From Candidatus Magasanikiibacteriota bacterium (GTDB taxonomy: Bacteria; Patescibacteriota; Patescibacteriia; Magasanikbacterales; UBA922): 64,000 bases of DNA. The stretch spans positions 519,738 to 583,737 of the forward strand of contig JACPSK010000001.1 in assembly GCA_016193335.1 (NCBI GenBank), read 5' to 3'. The translations under genes and the position numbers were made by a program. Below, piece by piece: positions 36,437 through 45,346 of this stretch; positions within the stretch are counted from its first letter, which is position 1; each line of letters begins with the position of its first letter. Below the pieces are notes generated by a model. The model ran no database searches, was not told the origin of the DNA, and worked only from the letters and a program-made list of their open reading frames with translations.

Positions 36437-36879
36437 TAAAAAGGTATATCTTCCACCTTTATTTCTTCTTCTATTAGCTCCCCGGATCCTGTCTCAGGAG
36501 ACTTTGGCAGGGGTGAATTATCATTATGATATTCGGATTGTCCCGATCCGCGCGGCGAATCGAGCATTATCATGTTTGATACTATGATTTCTGTCCGATA
36601 TCTCTTTACTCCATCTTGACCGACCCAATCTCTTGTTTCCAATCTACCCTCCATATACACTTTACGCCCTTTATTCAGATATTGACCCGCGATTTCTGCC
36701 AAACGGCCCCAAAGGACGCAATTATGAAAGTCCGATCGCTCTTGTTTTACTCCATTCGCGTCATTCCAAACGCGATTGGTAGCTATACTCAGAGTAGCGA
36801 CGGTCTGCCCGGAAGGAGTACTGCGGACTTCCGGATCTCTGGTCAAACGACCGAGGATTGTAGCGCGATTTAGATCCAT
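36436..36879 (-). CDS. ssb: Single-stranded DNA-binding protein
   Basis: OB-fold N-terminus (NRATILGRLTRDPEVR...), a Gly/Ser-rich linker, and the acidic C-terminal tip EDIPF. Confidence 0.85.
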   Translation of the reverse strand: MDLNRATILGRLTRDPEVRSTPSGQTVATLSIATNRVWNDANGVKQERSDFHNCVLWGRLAEIAGQYLNKGRKVYMEGRLETRDWVGQDGVKRYRTEIIVSNMIMLDSPRGSGQSEYHNDNSPLPKSPETGSGELIEEEIKVEDIPF

Positions 36880-36983
36880 AGGTATGTACTTTAAATAAAT
36901 TACTACAATCCCATCCTAGCACATCCCCCTCCTCTCGCAAGGCTTTTATTAAATTTTTCTAAACTCTCAAACGGAACAGGCAA

Positions 36984-37496
36984 TTATACTTTGTCCAAAT
37001 CCTTCTGCAAAATCTCATCCAATCTCTCATCAATCTCCGCCAAACTTACTTCAGGAATTTCTTTAATTCTTTCTTTATGAATTTCGTGGTGAACTTCGTG
37101 ATGAACCTCGTGCTCTCTCACTGCTTCGGACTCCTTATCCGGTCTTTCGTAGAATACAGAGCCCACCGGCTGAGGGGCCAACATAGACTTGACATCAAAC
37201 TTTTTTTGTTTTGGATCGTGAATCTTGATAACAAGACGCAACAAAGTGCCCGCTAAATAGGCTTTACGTTTTATATCGGCAAGTTTATCAGGCTCCACGG
37301 AAAATTCTATCAACTGAAAATACCCATAACGGATATGCTTTATAGGGTATGCCAATCTATTTTTCCCTATATCTTGGGATTGAATGACAGACCCGCCAAA
37401 ATTTGTTATGGCCCCAAGCACTCCTTCCATTGTTTTTTTTACTTCCTCTTCGGTAAGCGTGCCTGGCAAGACACACAACATCTCATAATGATCCAT
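36984..37496 (-). CDS. rpsF: 30S ribosomal protein S6 (with charged C-terminal extension)
   Basis: MDHYEMLCVLPGTLTEEE...GKNRLAYPIK matches the S6 N-terminus. The gene order rpsF-ssb-rpsR is conserved. Confidence 0.8.
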   Translation of the reverse strand: MDHYEMLCVLPGTLTEEEVKKTMEGVLGAITNFGGSVIQSQDIGKNRLAYPIKHIRYGYFQLIEFSVEPDKLADIKRKAYLAGTLLRLVIKIHDPKQKKFDVKSMLAPQPVGSVFYERPDKESEAVREHEVHHEVHHEIHKERIKEIPEVSLAEIDERLDEILQKDLDKV

Positions 37497-37846
37497 ATTT
37501 TAGATACTCGATTAGATTTGTCTAGAAGGCAGTTCTACATCGACCGCTTGGAAATCCTGCCTGTGTTTACAAGCGTCCCTTCATATAAGGGCGGCCATAC
37601 TATAGCATCGAATTATAAATATGTCAAACTAATCCACGACAAGGGGGGAAAACCAAACAAAAAGGGTTCTTGCCCGCTTTTCTCTTCAAAAAATCACCTC
37701 CAAAAACCCCCAACAACACAAAATCAGAAGCCATAATGAGGCGAATCTATCCGGATATTCTTGTCCAAGATCCAGGCCATATCTCGTGTGATTCGAACGC
37801 AGGCGCGCAAACTGTCTAAACAACAAAGGATATGATATTATGAAAA

Positions 37847-39598
37847 GTGTTATATCATTTTCCTATGCTCCCCACACAAATAGTTCACCAAATACTCACA
37901 AATACCTTAGGGCTCTCCGAAAACCAAATACAGACCTACACAGATGAAGCTCACAAACACGAGCAAACCTTGGAACAATTTTTGGTTGATCAAAATATAA
38001 TACCCGAACAAAATCTCTACGCCAAAGCTTCCGAATTGTTACATATCCCTTTTGTCAATTTAAAAGAAAAAGACATACCAAAGGACACACTGGAACTTGT
38101 GCCCGCTCCTTTCGCCGAAACCCATCATGTTATTGCTTTTGCCAAAGATAATAAAACCTTATCCATCGCCACCACAGATCCTACAGACCTCCAAAGCATC
38201 GAATTTTTAAGAAAAAAAACAGGTTTGTCCTTAAAAGTACATACCAGTACTTTTAGTTCCATCAAGTTTGCCCTACGCAACTATCACAGCGACCTCGCGA
38301 ACGAAGAAGTCATAAAAAAGCTAAGCAGTGTTGACGCTTTTACCCAAAAAGGCCAACTCGAGAAAGTTGCCCAAGAATTACCTATCGTAAACATACTCAA
38401 TACCATACTCGAACACGCGGTATACGAAAACGCAAGCGACATCCATATTGAGCCAGCCGAACACGAACTCACCGTGCGCTATAGAGTAGATGGCGTTCTC
38501 AAACGAGTCATGAATCTGCCCAAACAGACTCAAAACGGAATCATGGCTCGCGTAAAAATTCTGGCCCATCTCAAAATAGACGAGCACATGGCCCCGCAAG
38601 ACGGCAGATTCAAAATAAAGGTCCAAGATGAAACCCTTTCATTGCGCGTATCAATAGTGCCTGTCTTTGCCGGAGAAAAAATAGTCATGCGTCTTCTTCA
38701 TGAAGGAGAAAAAGCCCTCAGCCTCGACCAACTTGGTTTTCTGCCAGGCCCCAAAGCATTGGTAGAAGAAGCTATACGAAAACCTCACGGCGTGCTTCTT
38801 GTCACCGGCCCCACAGGAAGCGGCAAAACGACAACACTATATTCGATATTGGGAATCATAAATACGCCCAAAGTAAATATCTGCACCATAGAAGACCCCA
38901 TAGAATACCACGTCTCAGGTATCAACCAAAGCCAAATTAATCCGCGGGCCGGCTTCACCTTCGCGTCAGGACTCAGGGCCTTTCTCCGTCAGGATCCGGA
39001 CATTATCATGGTCGGAGAAATCCGAGATCAAGAAACCGCGGAAATAGCCATACACGCGGCCATGACCGGGCACCTTGTGCTTTCCACTCTCCACACAAAT
39101 GACGCGGCCACCACCATACCTCGCCTCATAGACATGGGCGTTCCTCCTTTTCTTGTAGCCTTCACCATCAATTCTATCGTCGCCCAGCGTTTGGTTCGTC
39201 GTTTATGCGACGAATGCAAACAAAGTTTTACCATATCCAAAGACGCGGTAAGAGAACTTTCAAAATCTATAAATATAGAAACTCTTCCCGCGCTATACGA
39301 CAAACTTAATATAAAGCGCTCTCCTGAAGAAAACAATTTCGAAAGCATGACCTTTTACAAAAGTACCGGCTGCAAGCACTGCCATGAAAGCGGTTACAAA
39401 GGCAGAACCGGTATTTATGAGGTGCTAAGCATGGATAAAGAAATTTCAAACATGATCAACGGCCGAGTTGGGGCACAAGAGATACTAGAATACGCCACGC
39501 AAAAACAAGGCATGATTACCATGCTCCAAGACGGGCTGATCAAGGCAAAACAAGGCATAACAACCATCGAAGAAATACTTCGAGTCACCAGAGAATAG
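37847..39598 (+). CDS. pilB: Type IV pilus assembly ATPase PilB (GspE family)
   Basis: Walker A VTGPTGSGKTTTLYS, Asp box, Walker B IIMVGEIRD, His box LVLSTLHTNDAA, and the C-terminal CxxC...CxxC zinc motif. Confidence 0.85.
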   Translation: MLYHFPMLPTQIVHQILTNTLGLSENQIQTYTDEAHKHEQTLEQFLVDQNIIPEQNLYAKASELLHIPFVNLKEKDIPKDTLELVPAPFAETHHVIAFAKDNKTLSIATTDPTDLQSIEFLRKKTGLSLKVHTSTFSSIKFALRNYHSDLANEEVIKKLSSVDAFTQKGQLEKVAQELPIVNILNTILEHAVYENASDIHIEPAEHELTVRYRVDGVLKRVMNLPKQTQNGIMARVKILAHLKIDEHMAPQDGRFKIKVQDETLSLRVSIVPVFAGEKIVMRLLHEGEKALSLDQLGFLPGPKALVEEAIRKPHGVLLVTGPTGSGKTTTLYSILGIINTPKVNICTIEDPIEYHVSGINQSQINPRAGFTFASGLRAFLRQDPDIIMVGEIRDQETAEIAIHAAMTGHLVLSTLHTNDAATTIPRLIDMGVPPFLVAFTINSIVAQRLVRRLCDECKQSFTISKDAVRELSKSINIETLPALYDKLNIKRSPEENNFESMTFYKSTGCKHCHESGYKGRTGIYEVLSMDKEISNMINGRVGAQEILEYATQKQGMITMLQDGLIKAKQGITTIEEILRVTRE

Positions 39599-39617
39599 GT
39601 TCTGTTACTTTTCTCCT

Positions 39618-40730
39618 ATGGTACAGCACAAGAAATTAAGTCCTTTCGAAGAAAAACTGAATCAATGGTTTGCCGCTTATCTCACGCGGATAAATCTTAT
39701 TCATAAAATTTTTTTCTTCGAACATCTCCGAACCATGCTCCATGCCGGTCTTTCACTCACCGAAAGCCTGTCAATTTTAAGCAAAGAAACAGAACAAAAA
39801 AAAATGAAATCCGTCATAGACGGTCTACTCGCCGAAGTCGAATCGGGCAAACAGCTCAGTACAGCCCTGGGAATGTATGAAAAATACTTTCCGTCCATGT
39901 ATATCAAAATGATCGCTTCTGGAGAAACAGCCGGAATCTTAGAAGAAACTCTGGAACACATAGTAACTCAAATGAAAAAAAACCATGAATTAATCTCCAA
40001 GGTCCATGGGGCTCTCATTTATCCTGCCGTGATCCTAAGTGCGGTGGCTGCGGTAGGAATACTTATGACCACCGTAGTATTACCAAAATTGGTCGTATTA
40101 TTCGAAGAATTTGAAACCAAACTGCCCCTTTCCACGCGTATTCTCATAAACATTACGAACATTTTCAGCAATCCTCTGTACCTTGGCATCATGTTGGCGT
40201 TTATACTTGCTCTCGGAATAACATTTTTTGTACTTTTAAAAAAATCAGCTCTCTTCAAAAAAATAATCCATTCAATCAATCTAAAAATGCCCATTCTCGG
40301 CACCATTATAAAACACATAAACTTGGCCCGCTTCTCTCTTACCCTATCATCGCTCTTGCAAAGTACCATACCCATCGTCGAAGCTGTCGACATTAGCGCC
40401 GATACCTGCGGGAACCTGCTCTACAAAGAAACGCTAAAAGAAACAGCCATGAGAGTAAAAAAAGGGGAAGCTCTTTCTCAGGTACTATCATCATTCCCGG
40501 CCCTATATCCTCCCATGGTCACCGAGATGATACTTGTCGGAGAACGTAGTGGAGAAGTCAACCGACTGCTTACAGAAATTGCCGGCTTTTACAGCGATGA
40601 AGTGGATAAAACCATGAAAAATATGTCAACAATCATAGAACCCGTCATTATTATTGTCCTCGGAATTATTGTCGCGGGAGTTGCCATCGCGGTCGTGATG
40701 CCCATGTTCAATCTTATACAAAATTTTTAA
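39618..40730 (+). CDS. pilC: Type IV pilus platform protein PilC (T2SS-F domain x2)
   Basis: Two GspF repeats (..LSESL..; ..GERSGEV..) and three TM helices. 370 aa. Confidence 0.85.
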   Translation: MVQHKKLSPFEEKLNQWFAAYLTRINLIHKIFFFEHLRTMLHAGLSLTESLSILSKETEQKKMKSVIDGLLAEVESGKQLSTALGMYEKYFPSMYIKMIASGETAGILEETLEHIVTQMKKNHELISKVHGALIYPAVILSAVAAVGILMTTVVLPKLVVLFEEFETKLPLSTRILINITNIFSNPLYLGIMLAFILALGITFFVLLKKSALFKKIIHSINLKMPILGTIIKHINLARFSLTLSSLLQSTIPIVEAVDISADTCGNLLYKETLKETAMRVKKGEALSQVLSSFPALYPPMVTEMILVGERSGEVNRLLTEIAGFYSDEVDKTMKNMSTIIEPVIIIVLGIIVAGVAIAVVMPMFNLIQNF

Positions 40731-40738
40731 ACCGCCTC

Positions 40739-41845
40739 ATGTTGCACAATCCTTTTCCCCATGCGTTTGGACTTGATATAGGAGACCTGTCCATAAAGGT
40801 GGTCCAATTAAAAAACAAGTCCAACCGCTTGCGAGGCCCTCAATATGATGTCTGTGTCGCCCGGTCAATACTTTTGCCTCCCGGGATTGTTGTGGATGGA
40901 GAATTGCAAAAACCTGAACAAATGCGCCATTATATTCAAAAATTACTCAAAGGAAATGGTTCCAGCCAAAAAACCATCAAAAGCCCTTGGGTGGTATCTT
41001 CAGTACCAGAATCACAGAGTTTTATAAAACTATTGTCTATTCGCAAAACATCCGAAGAAATTATCGATGATGATATACTTATAGAAGCAGAAAAGCACAT
41101 TCCGCTCAGCGGCGAACAAACCTATTATCTCGACTGGCATATTTTGCCGCCCCAAGAACCTGATGACCAAGACACTCAGATATTGCTTGGCTCCACGGCA
41201 AGGCAAACAAGCGACGCTTATACCTACTTGCTTGAATCAGTGGGCCTTGGGGTCATAGCTTTGGAAATAGAAGCTCTCTCCACAGCTCGGGCCATGATAA
41301 GCGCAGACAAAAATTACTCCGGGGAGGCGCGCGCCCTTTTGGATCTCGGAGCAAAACGCTCCAACATAATCATTTACGACCACGATAGCGTACGGTTTAG
41401 CGCTTCAGTGGACTTCGCCGGAGAATCACTGAGCACAGGACTTGCCGAGGTACTCAATCTGTCCTATACAGAAGCGGAAGAAATAAAAAAACAAAAGGGC
41501 CTCATATACGAAGACTACAAAAACGCATGGCCCTTTCTAAATACGCAGGTGCACAAACTTATAGCCGCCATCAAGCAATCTCTTCTGTTTTATTACAGCC
41601 ATTTCCCGCACGCCAACAAGATCACACGCATCACCATGAGCGGGGGAGGATCCAATCTAAAAAAATTGCCCGAGATTTTAACTCAGCAACTGGGAATAGA
41701 ATGTTCGCCGGGCCATCCATGGAAAAATCTTGGCACAGATAAACCAACGCCTGTTCCTGAACAGGAATCCTTATCTTTTTCAAATGCCATAGGACTGGCA
41801 ATAAGAGCGGCTGACAATCCATACTACATACGCGATATCATTTAA
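40739..41845 (+). CDS. pilM: Type IV pilus assembly protein PilM (actin-like ATPase fold)
   Basis: N-terminal FGLDIGDLSIKVVQL (phosphate 1), LDLGAKRSNIIIY, and MSGGGSNL (phosphate 2). It lies immediately upstream of the pilN/pilO-like genes. Confidence 0.75.
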   Translation: MLHNPFPHAFGLDIGDLSIKVVQLKNKSNRLRGPQYDVCVARSILLPPGIVVDGELQKPEQMRHYIQKLLKGNGSSQKTIKSPWVVSSVPESQSFIKLLSIRKTSEEIIDDDILIEAEKHIPLSGEQTYYLDWHILPPQEPDDQDTQILLGSTARQTSDAYTYLLESVGLGVIALEIEALSTARAMISADKNYSGEARALLDLGAKRSNIIIYDHDSVRFSASVDFAGESLSTGLAEVLNLSYTEAEEIKKQKGLIYEDYKNAWPFLNTQVHKLIAAIKQSLLFYYSHFPHANKITRITMSGGGSNLKKLPEILTQQLGIECSPGHPWKNLGTDKPTPVPEQESLSFSNAIGLAIRAADNPYYIRDII

Positions 41846-41854
41846 AAACATCTC

Positions 41855-42400
41855 ATGCTCCCAACCAGACTTAATCTGCTATCTCCCAATAAAAAAGATA
41901 CTCTCCGGCGTATTATCATTTTCCAATTCATCAAAAATGCCATCCAAATTCTCCTTATAGTCACCTGCCTCACCGGCATTGTGCTCCTTGGCGCCCAGCC
42001 TCTCCTAGAGACCTATTTCAGTCGTCTGGCCTCGAATCTGACTTCCATAAACAAAACCTATAGCGACGTAAGCAGAAAAATCCAAGAAATAAACACCATT
42101 TTACGCGAGGCCGATTCAGTACAATCCGAATATACGCAATGGAGCGACATTATACAGGATTTCAGTCTCGCCATACCGTCCGGAATAAAGCTAAAGGATA
42201 TAGAGTTTACTGACAAAGGCTCCCGCGTTTCGTTCTCCGGCGAAGCCCAGACCCGCGAACAGCTATTGGAGTTAAAACAATCTCTTGAAAATATGAACTG
42301 TAAATCTTGGTGCATTGCTTCAGTTCCTCTTCCTCCTTCCCTCCTAACCCAAAAAGAACATATCAGTTTCTCCATTACTGCGGACGCGACTTTTAGATAA
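41855..42400 (+). CDS. pilN: PilN-like inner-membrane pilus alignment protein
   Basis: RLNLLSP (the INLLP-type motif), a single TM, and a coiled-coil periplasmic domain. Confidence 0.55.
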   Translation: MLPTRLNLLSPNKKDTLRRIIIFQFIKNAIQILLIVTCLTGIVLLGAQPLLETYFSRLASNLTSINKTYSDVSRKIQEINTILREADSVQSEYTQWSDIIQDFSLAIPSGIKLKDIEFTDKGSRVSFSGEAQTREQLLELKQSLENMNCKSWCIASVPLPPSLLTQKEHISFSITADATFR

Positions 42401-42402
42401 TT

Positions 42403-42960
42403 ATGTTCAAAATCCCCATAAAAATCAAAATCGCCTTCGTGATCTGCGGATTGCTTCTGCTTATGATTTCCATTATTGTTGGCATTATCGTACCTTCAAC
42501 ACGTTACATAAAAAAATTAAGAACCAATATTATAGGTACCCAAGAATTTTCTGAAAAAAACTATCAGCGTTCCCAACAACTCAAAAAATCCATAAAAGAA
42601 CTCGGCAATATCTATGGACGAACCGGTGACATGAAACGCATGACCTTTGAAAAAGAAAAAGATCTGGTTCTTATAAAACAATTCGAGGATCTGGCAGAAC
42701 GCTTTGATATAAGGCAAAACCTAAATCTTGAATATAGAGAAGGATCAAAAATGGATACCCAGGGAATCAAAGACGGCGGTTATTATATATTTACTTTTCA
42801 TAACCAAGGCAGTTTCAAAAACCACCTTGCGTATCTACAGGCTCTGGAAATCTTGCCAACTTATGTAATTATAGATAATCTTTCTTTTATTTCTCAAAAC
42901 AATCCAGAGAATCCGCAACAAACAACTTTCAATTTTACTGGAAAAGTGTATACAAGATAG
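42403..42960 (+). CDS. pilO: PilO-like inner-membrane pilus alignment protein
   Basis: Single N-terminal TM, coiled coil, 185 aa, positioned after pilN. Confidence 0.45.
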   Translation: MFKIPIKIKIAFVICGLLLLMISIIVGIIVPSTRYIKKLRTNIIGTQEFSEKNYQRSQQLKKSIKELGNIYGRTGDMKRMTFEKEKDLVLIKQFEDLAERFDIRQNLNLEYREGSKMDTQGIKDGGYYIFTFHNQGSFKNHLAYLQALEILPTYVIIDNLSFISQNNPENPQQTTFNFTGKVYTR

Positions 42961-42966
42961 ACACAT

Positions 42967-43302
42967 ATGAAAAATACACACTTCACAAGAAAAAAAATAC
43001 TCCCGCGCGGTTTAGAATACAAAAACTACTCCTTATTGCGTATTCTCAACGCGCTCTCAGCTGTCATTATCGTCTTGGTATTCTGTTTCACCTTATGGTT
43101 TGTATACACTTATATATACAAAACCATTACTCAGGCTCAATATATACTTATCCAAGAGACAGAACCTGGAGTTAAACCTATCAATTTCAAACTTTATGAA
43201 AAAGTCAACTCCGCGTGGGAACAAAAAACCACCCCGGAAACTGCCGGGAAAAACCACGATCCATTCAACGAAACACTAAGCACATCCACCTACCCTTTAT
43301 GA
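42967..43302 (+). CDS. Hypothetical small membrane protein (possible PilP-position gene)
   Basis: 111 aa with one TM helix, in the last position of the pil operon. Confidence 0.35.
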   Translation: MKNTHFTRKKILPRGLEYKNYSLLRILNALSAVIIVLVFCFTLWFVYTYIYKTITQAQYILIQETEPGVKPINFKLYEKVNSAWEQKTTPETAGKNHDPFNETLSTSTYPL

Positions 43303-44453
43303 AACTTGCTTTCACTCTGGGACATCAGCCTCATATTTCAAGAGCAGAGATAGAAGCAGTTCTCTCTGGCCTAAAACTGGGCTATACCATAAGCAAAGAC
43401 ACGGGCAAAGAACTCTTACTGCAAGCCGACTCAACTACGGACGCCACCGCTCTCATGGAAAAACTGGGAGGTACGATAAAAATTTCAATCTGTGTGGAAA
43501 CACCAAACACACAGTCCGATGAGAGCCGGATCTCACGCGCCGCGAACTATCTTGCCAAAAAACAAAATGGAAAAATCGTTTTTTCCCTGCAAGGACCGGA
43601 CCAAAAAAAAATAGGCCTGGCCATTAAGCAAGCACTAAAGAAAATGGGACGTGCGAGCCGTTTTGTTGAAGCAAAAAACACCGCAAGTATTATACATAAT
43701 AATCTCATCAGTAAGGGCGGCGACTTAACACTTATAGACAAAAAATGGTACGCGGGTGTAGCCATACAAAATATCGAAAAATTCTCTGTTCGAGACTACG
43801 GACGCCCCGAGCATGACAGCAAGAGTGGTATGCTCCCTCCCAAGCTCGCTCGGATTATGGTCAATCTCGCCGGAGTCCATTCCAAGGCGCGCCTTTTGGA
43901 CCCCTTCTGCGGATCGGGAACTGTTTTGGTTGAAGCATTAAGCCTGAAATATCTTAATGTGTCTGGTTCAGACATCTCCGAAAAAGCTGTCGAAGACAGC
44001 AAAAAAAACCTTTCATGGTTCATGGAATCAATGCCGTCCGAAGAAAAAAAACTCACCCAATGCAATATTCAATATTGCGACGCAAGAAGCTTGAACTCCT
44101 GTTTTCATCACATAAAATTTGACGCCATTGTCAGCGAACCCTACCTTGGAAAAACGCTGAACGGAAAAGAATCTCTTCAACAGCTCCAAACACAGGCAAA
44201 GGATCTTTCCACCTTGTATATCGAAAGCTTTAGCTCATTTAAAAAAGTCCTAAAAAGGGGAGCTATAGTCATATTTGTCATCCCGAGTTTCAAGTATAAT
44301 AATCAAGAATGGATAAAGGTTCCTTGTTTGGAGAATATAAAAAAAATGGGTTTTAAAATTGCCCCATTTGGTCCTGGAAAAGAAATCACGCTCAGCTACC
44401 ATCGTCCCGCCCAATTTATCACAAGGAACATCTACAAATTCGTCAAAGAATAA
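43299..44453 (+). CDS. THUMP-domain RNA (guanine-N2) methyltransferase (UPF0020/Trm14-TrmN-like)
   Basis: SAM motif I LDPFCGSGTVLVEA with an upstream THUMP-like domain. The likely start is MKLAFTLGH; the ORF track starts at 43215. Confidence 0.7.
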   Translation: MKLAFTLGHQPHISRAEIEAVLSGLKLGYTISKDTGKELLLQADSTTDATALMEKLGGTIKISICVETPNTQSDESRISRAANYLAKKQNGKIVFSLQGPDQKKIGLAIKQALKKMGRASRFVEAKNTASIIHNNLISKGGDLTLIDKKWYAGVAIQNIEKFSVRDYGRPEHDSKSGMLPPKLARIMVNLAGVHSKARLLDPFCGSGTVLVEALSLKYLNVSGSDISEKAVEDSKKNLSWFMESMPSEEKKLTQCNIQYCDARSLNSCFHHIKFDAIVSEPYLGKTLNGKESLQQLQTQAKDLSTLYIESFSSFKKVLKRGAIVIFVIPSFKYNNQEWIKVPCLENIKKMGFKIAPFGPGKEITLSYHRPAQFITRNIYKFVKE

Positions 44454-44458
44454 AAAAT

Positions 44459-45181
44459 CTATTTCCACCATTTATCTATAATTTGGCCGGCACCGTAGCC
44501 AACAAAGGCCGCCAAACCAGCCAAGCCCAACATCTCGAATCCCGCGCTATACCAGCTGCGATTCGAATAACGAGCAGTAAAGCCTCCGAGCGCAAAAAGT
44601 CCCGCAAGTGTTCCCGCTATTGAGACAATTACTCCTTGCCCTATATTATTAAATAAAAAATAAGGAAATAATGGTACAAAACCACCAATGATGTATGCCA
44701 CCAACATAACGGCTCCATTTCTTACAGGAGAACGAGATTTGTCTACACAAATCTTAAGCTCCCGATAAGCCATTTCCTTTAACATTAATTCTTTGTCTTG
44801 AGCGGCTACCAAAGCCATGCGGCCTGCCAATTCATCCGGCCAACCATCTTCTATAAAGAGCTCCTGCATTTCCTTAGTCTCCTCAGTTAAATTTTGGCTT
44901 ATTTCCTGGCGTTCTTCGAATAGTTTACGTTCTTCCAAAGCATGCTCTGATTTGCTGGATAGGTAAGAACCAACCGCCATGGAAATAGACTCCACCGCTA
45001 TAATGACCGAGCCGGATAAAATAATCAAAAAAGAACTCTGCGTGGCAGTGGCAATGCCGGTGATAGATCCCATAGTAGAGACCATTCCATCTTCCAAACC
45101 AAAAACAAGCTCTCGCATCGCGCTCAAAGCAATGGATTCATTGTGATGGATAAAATTTGGATTATAGGGGATATCGGCCAT
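44459..45181 (-). CDS. VIT1/CCC1-family Fe/Mn transporter
   Basis: LVFGLEDGMVSTMGSITGIA N-terminal motif, a central acidic coiled-coil insert, and C-terminal TM helices. Confidence 0.75.
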   Translation of the reverse strand: MADIPYNPNFIHHNESIALSAMRELVFGLEDGMVSTMGSITGIATATQSSFLIILSGSVIIAVESISMAVGSYLSSKSEHALEERKLFEERQEISQNLTEETKEMQELFIEDGWPDELAGRMALVAAQDKELMLKEMAYRELKICVDKSRSPVRNGAVMLVAYIIGGFVPLFPYFLFNNIGQGVIVSIAGTLAGLFALGGFTARYSNRSWYSAGFEMLGLAGLAAFVGYGAGQIIDKWWK

Positions 45182-45295
45182 ACCAAATACCTATCTTAGA
45201 TAAGCAACTTCCGCAGTCCAGACTAAATCGGAGTCATCATTCCACTGAAATCCAAAGCATTCAAAGTATACAGCGACGCTATATCTTCTGCAAGA

Positions 45296-45326
45296 AAATC
45301 CCGCTCTTATGAGCAGGATTTTTTAT
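45296..45326 (-). terminator. Rho-independent terminator downstream of the 1043-aa acidic protein gene
   Basis: Hairpin ATCCCGCTC-ttat-GAGCAGGAT with U-runs on both sides. Confidence 0.4.
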
Positions 45327-45346
45327 AGCAGAAATTCAGTAATTTT

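Noticed and set aside
43215-43298. N-terminal 28-aa extension of the THUMP methyltransferase ORF (MGTKNHPGNCREKPRS...)
   Set aside because: It overlaps the end of the preceding gene (42967..43302) and lacks homology to THUMP N-termini. The internal start MKLAFTLGH gives a tidy 4-bp overlap junction.
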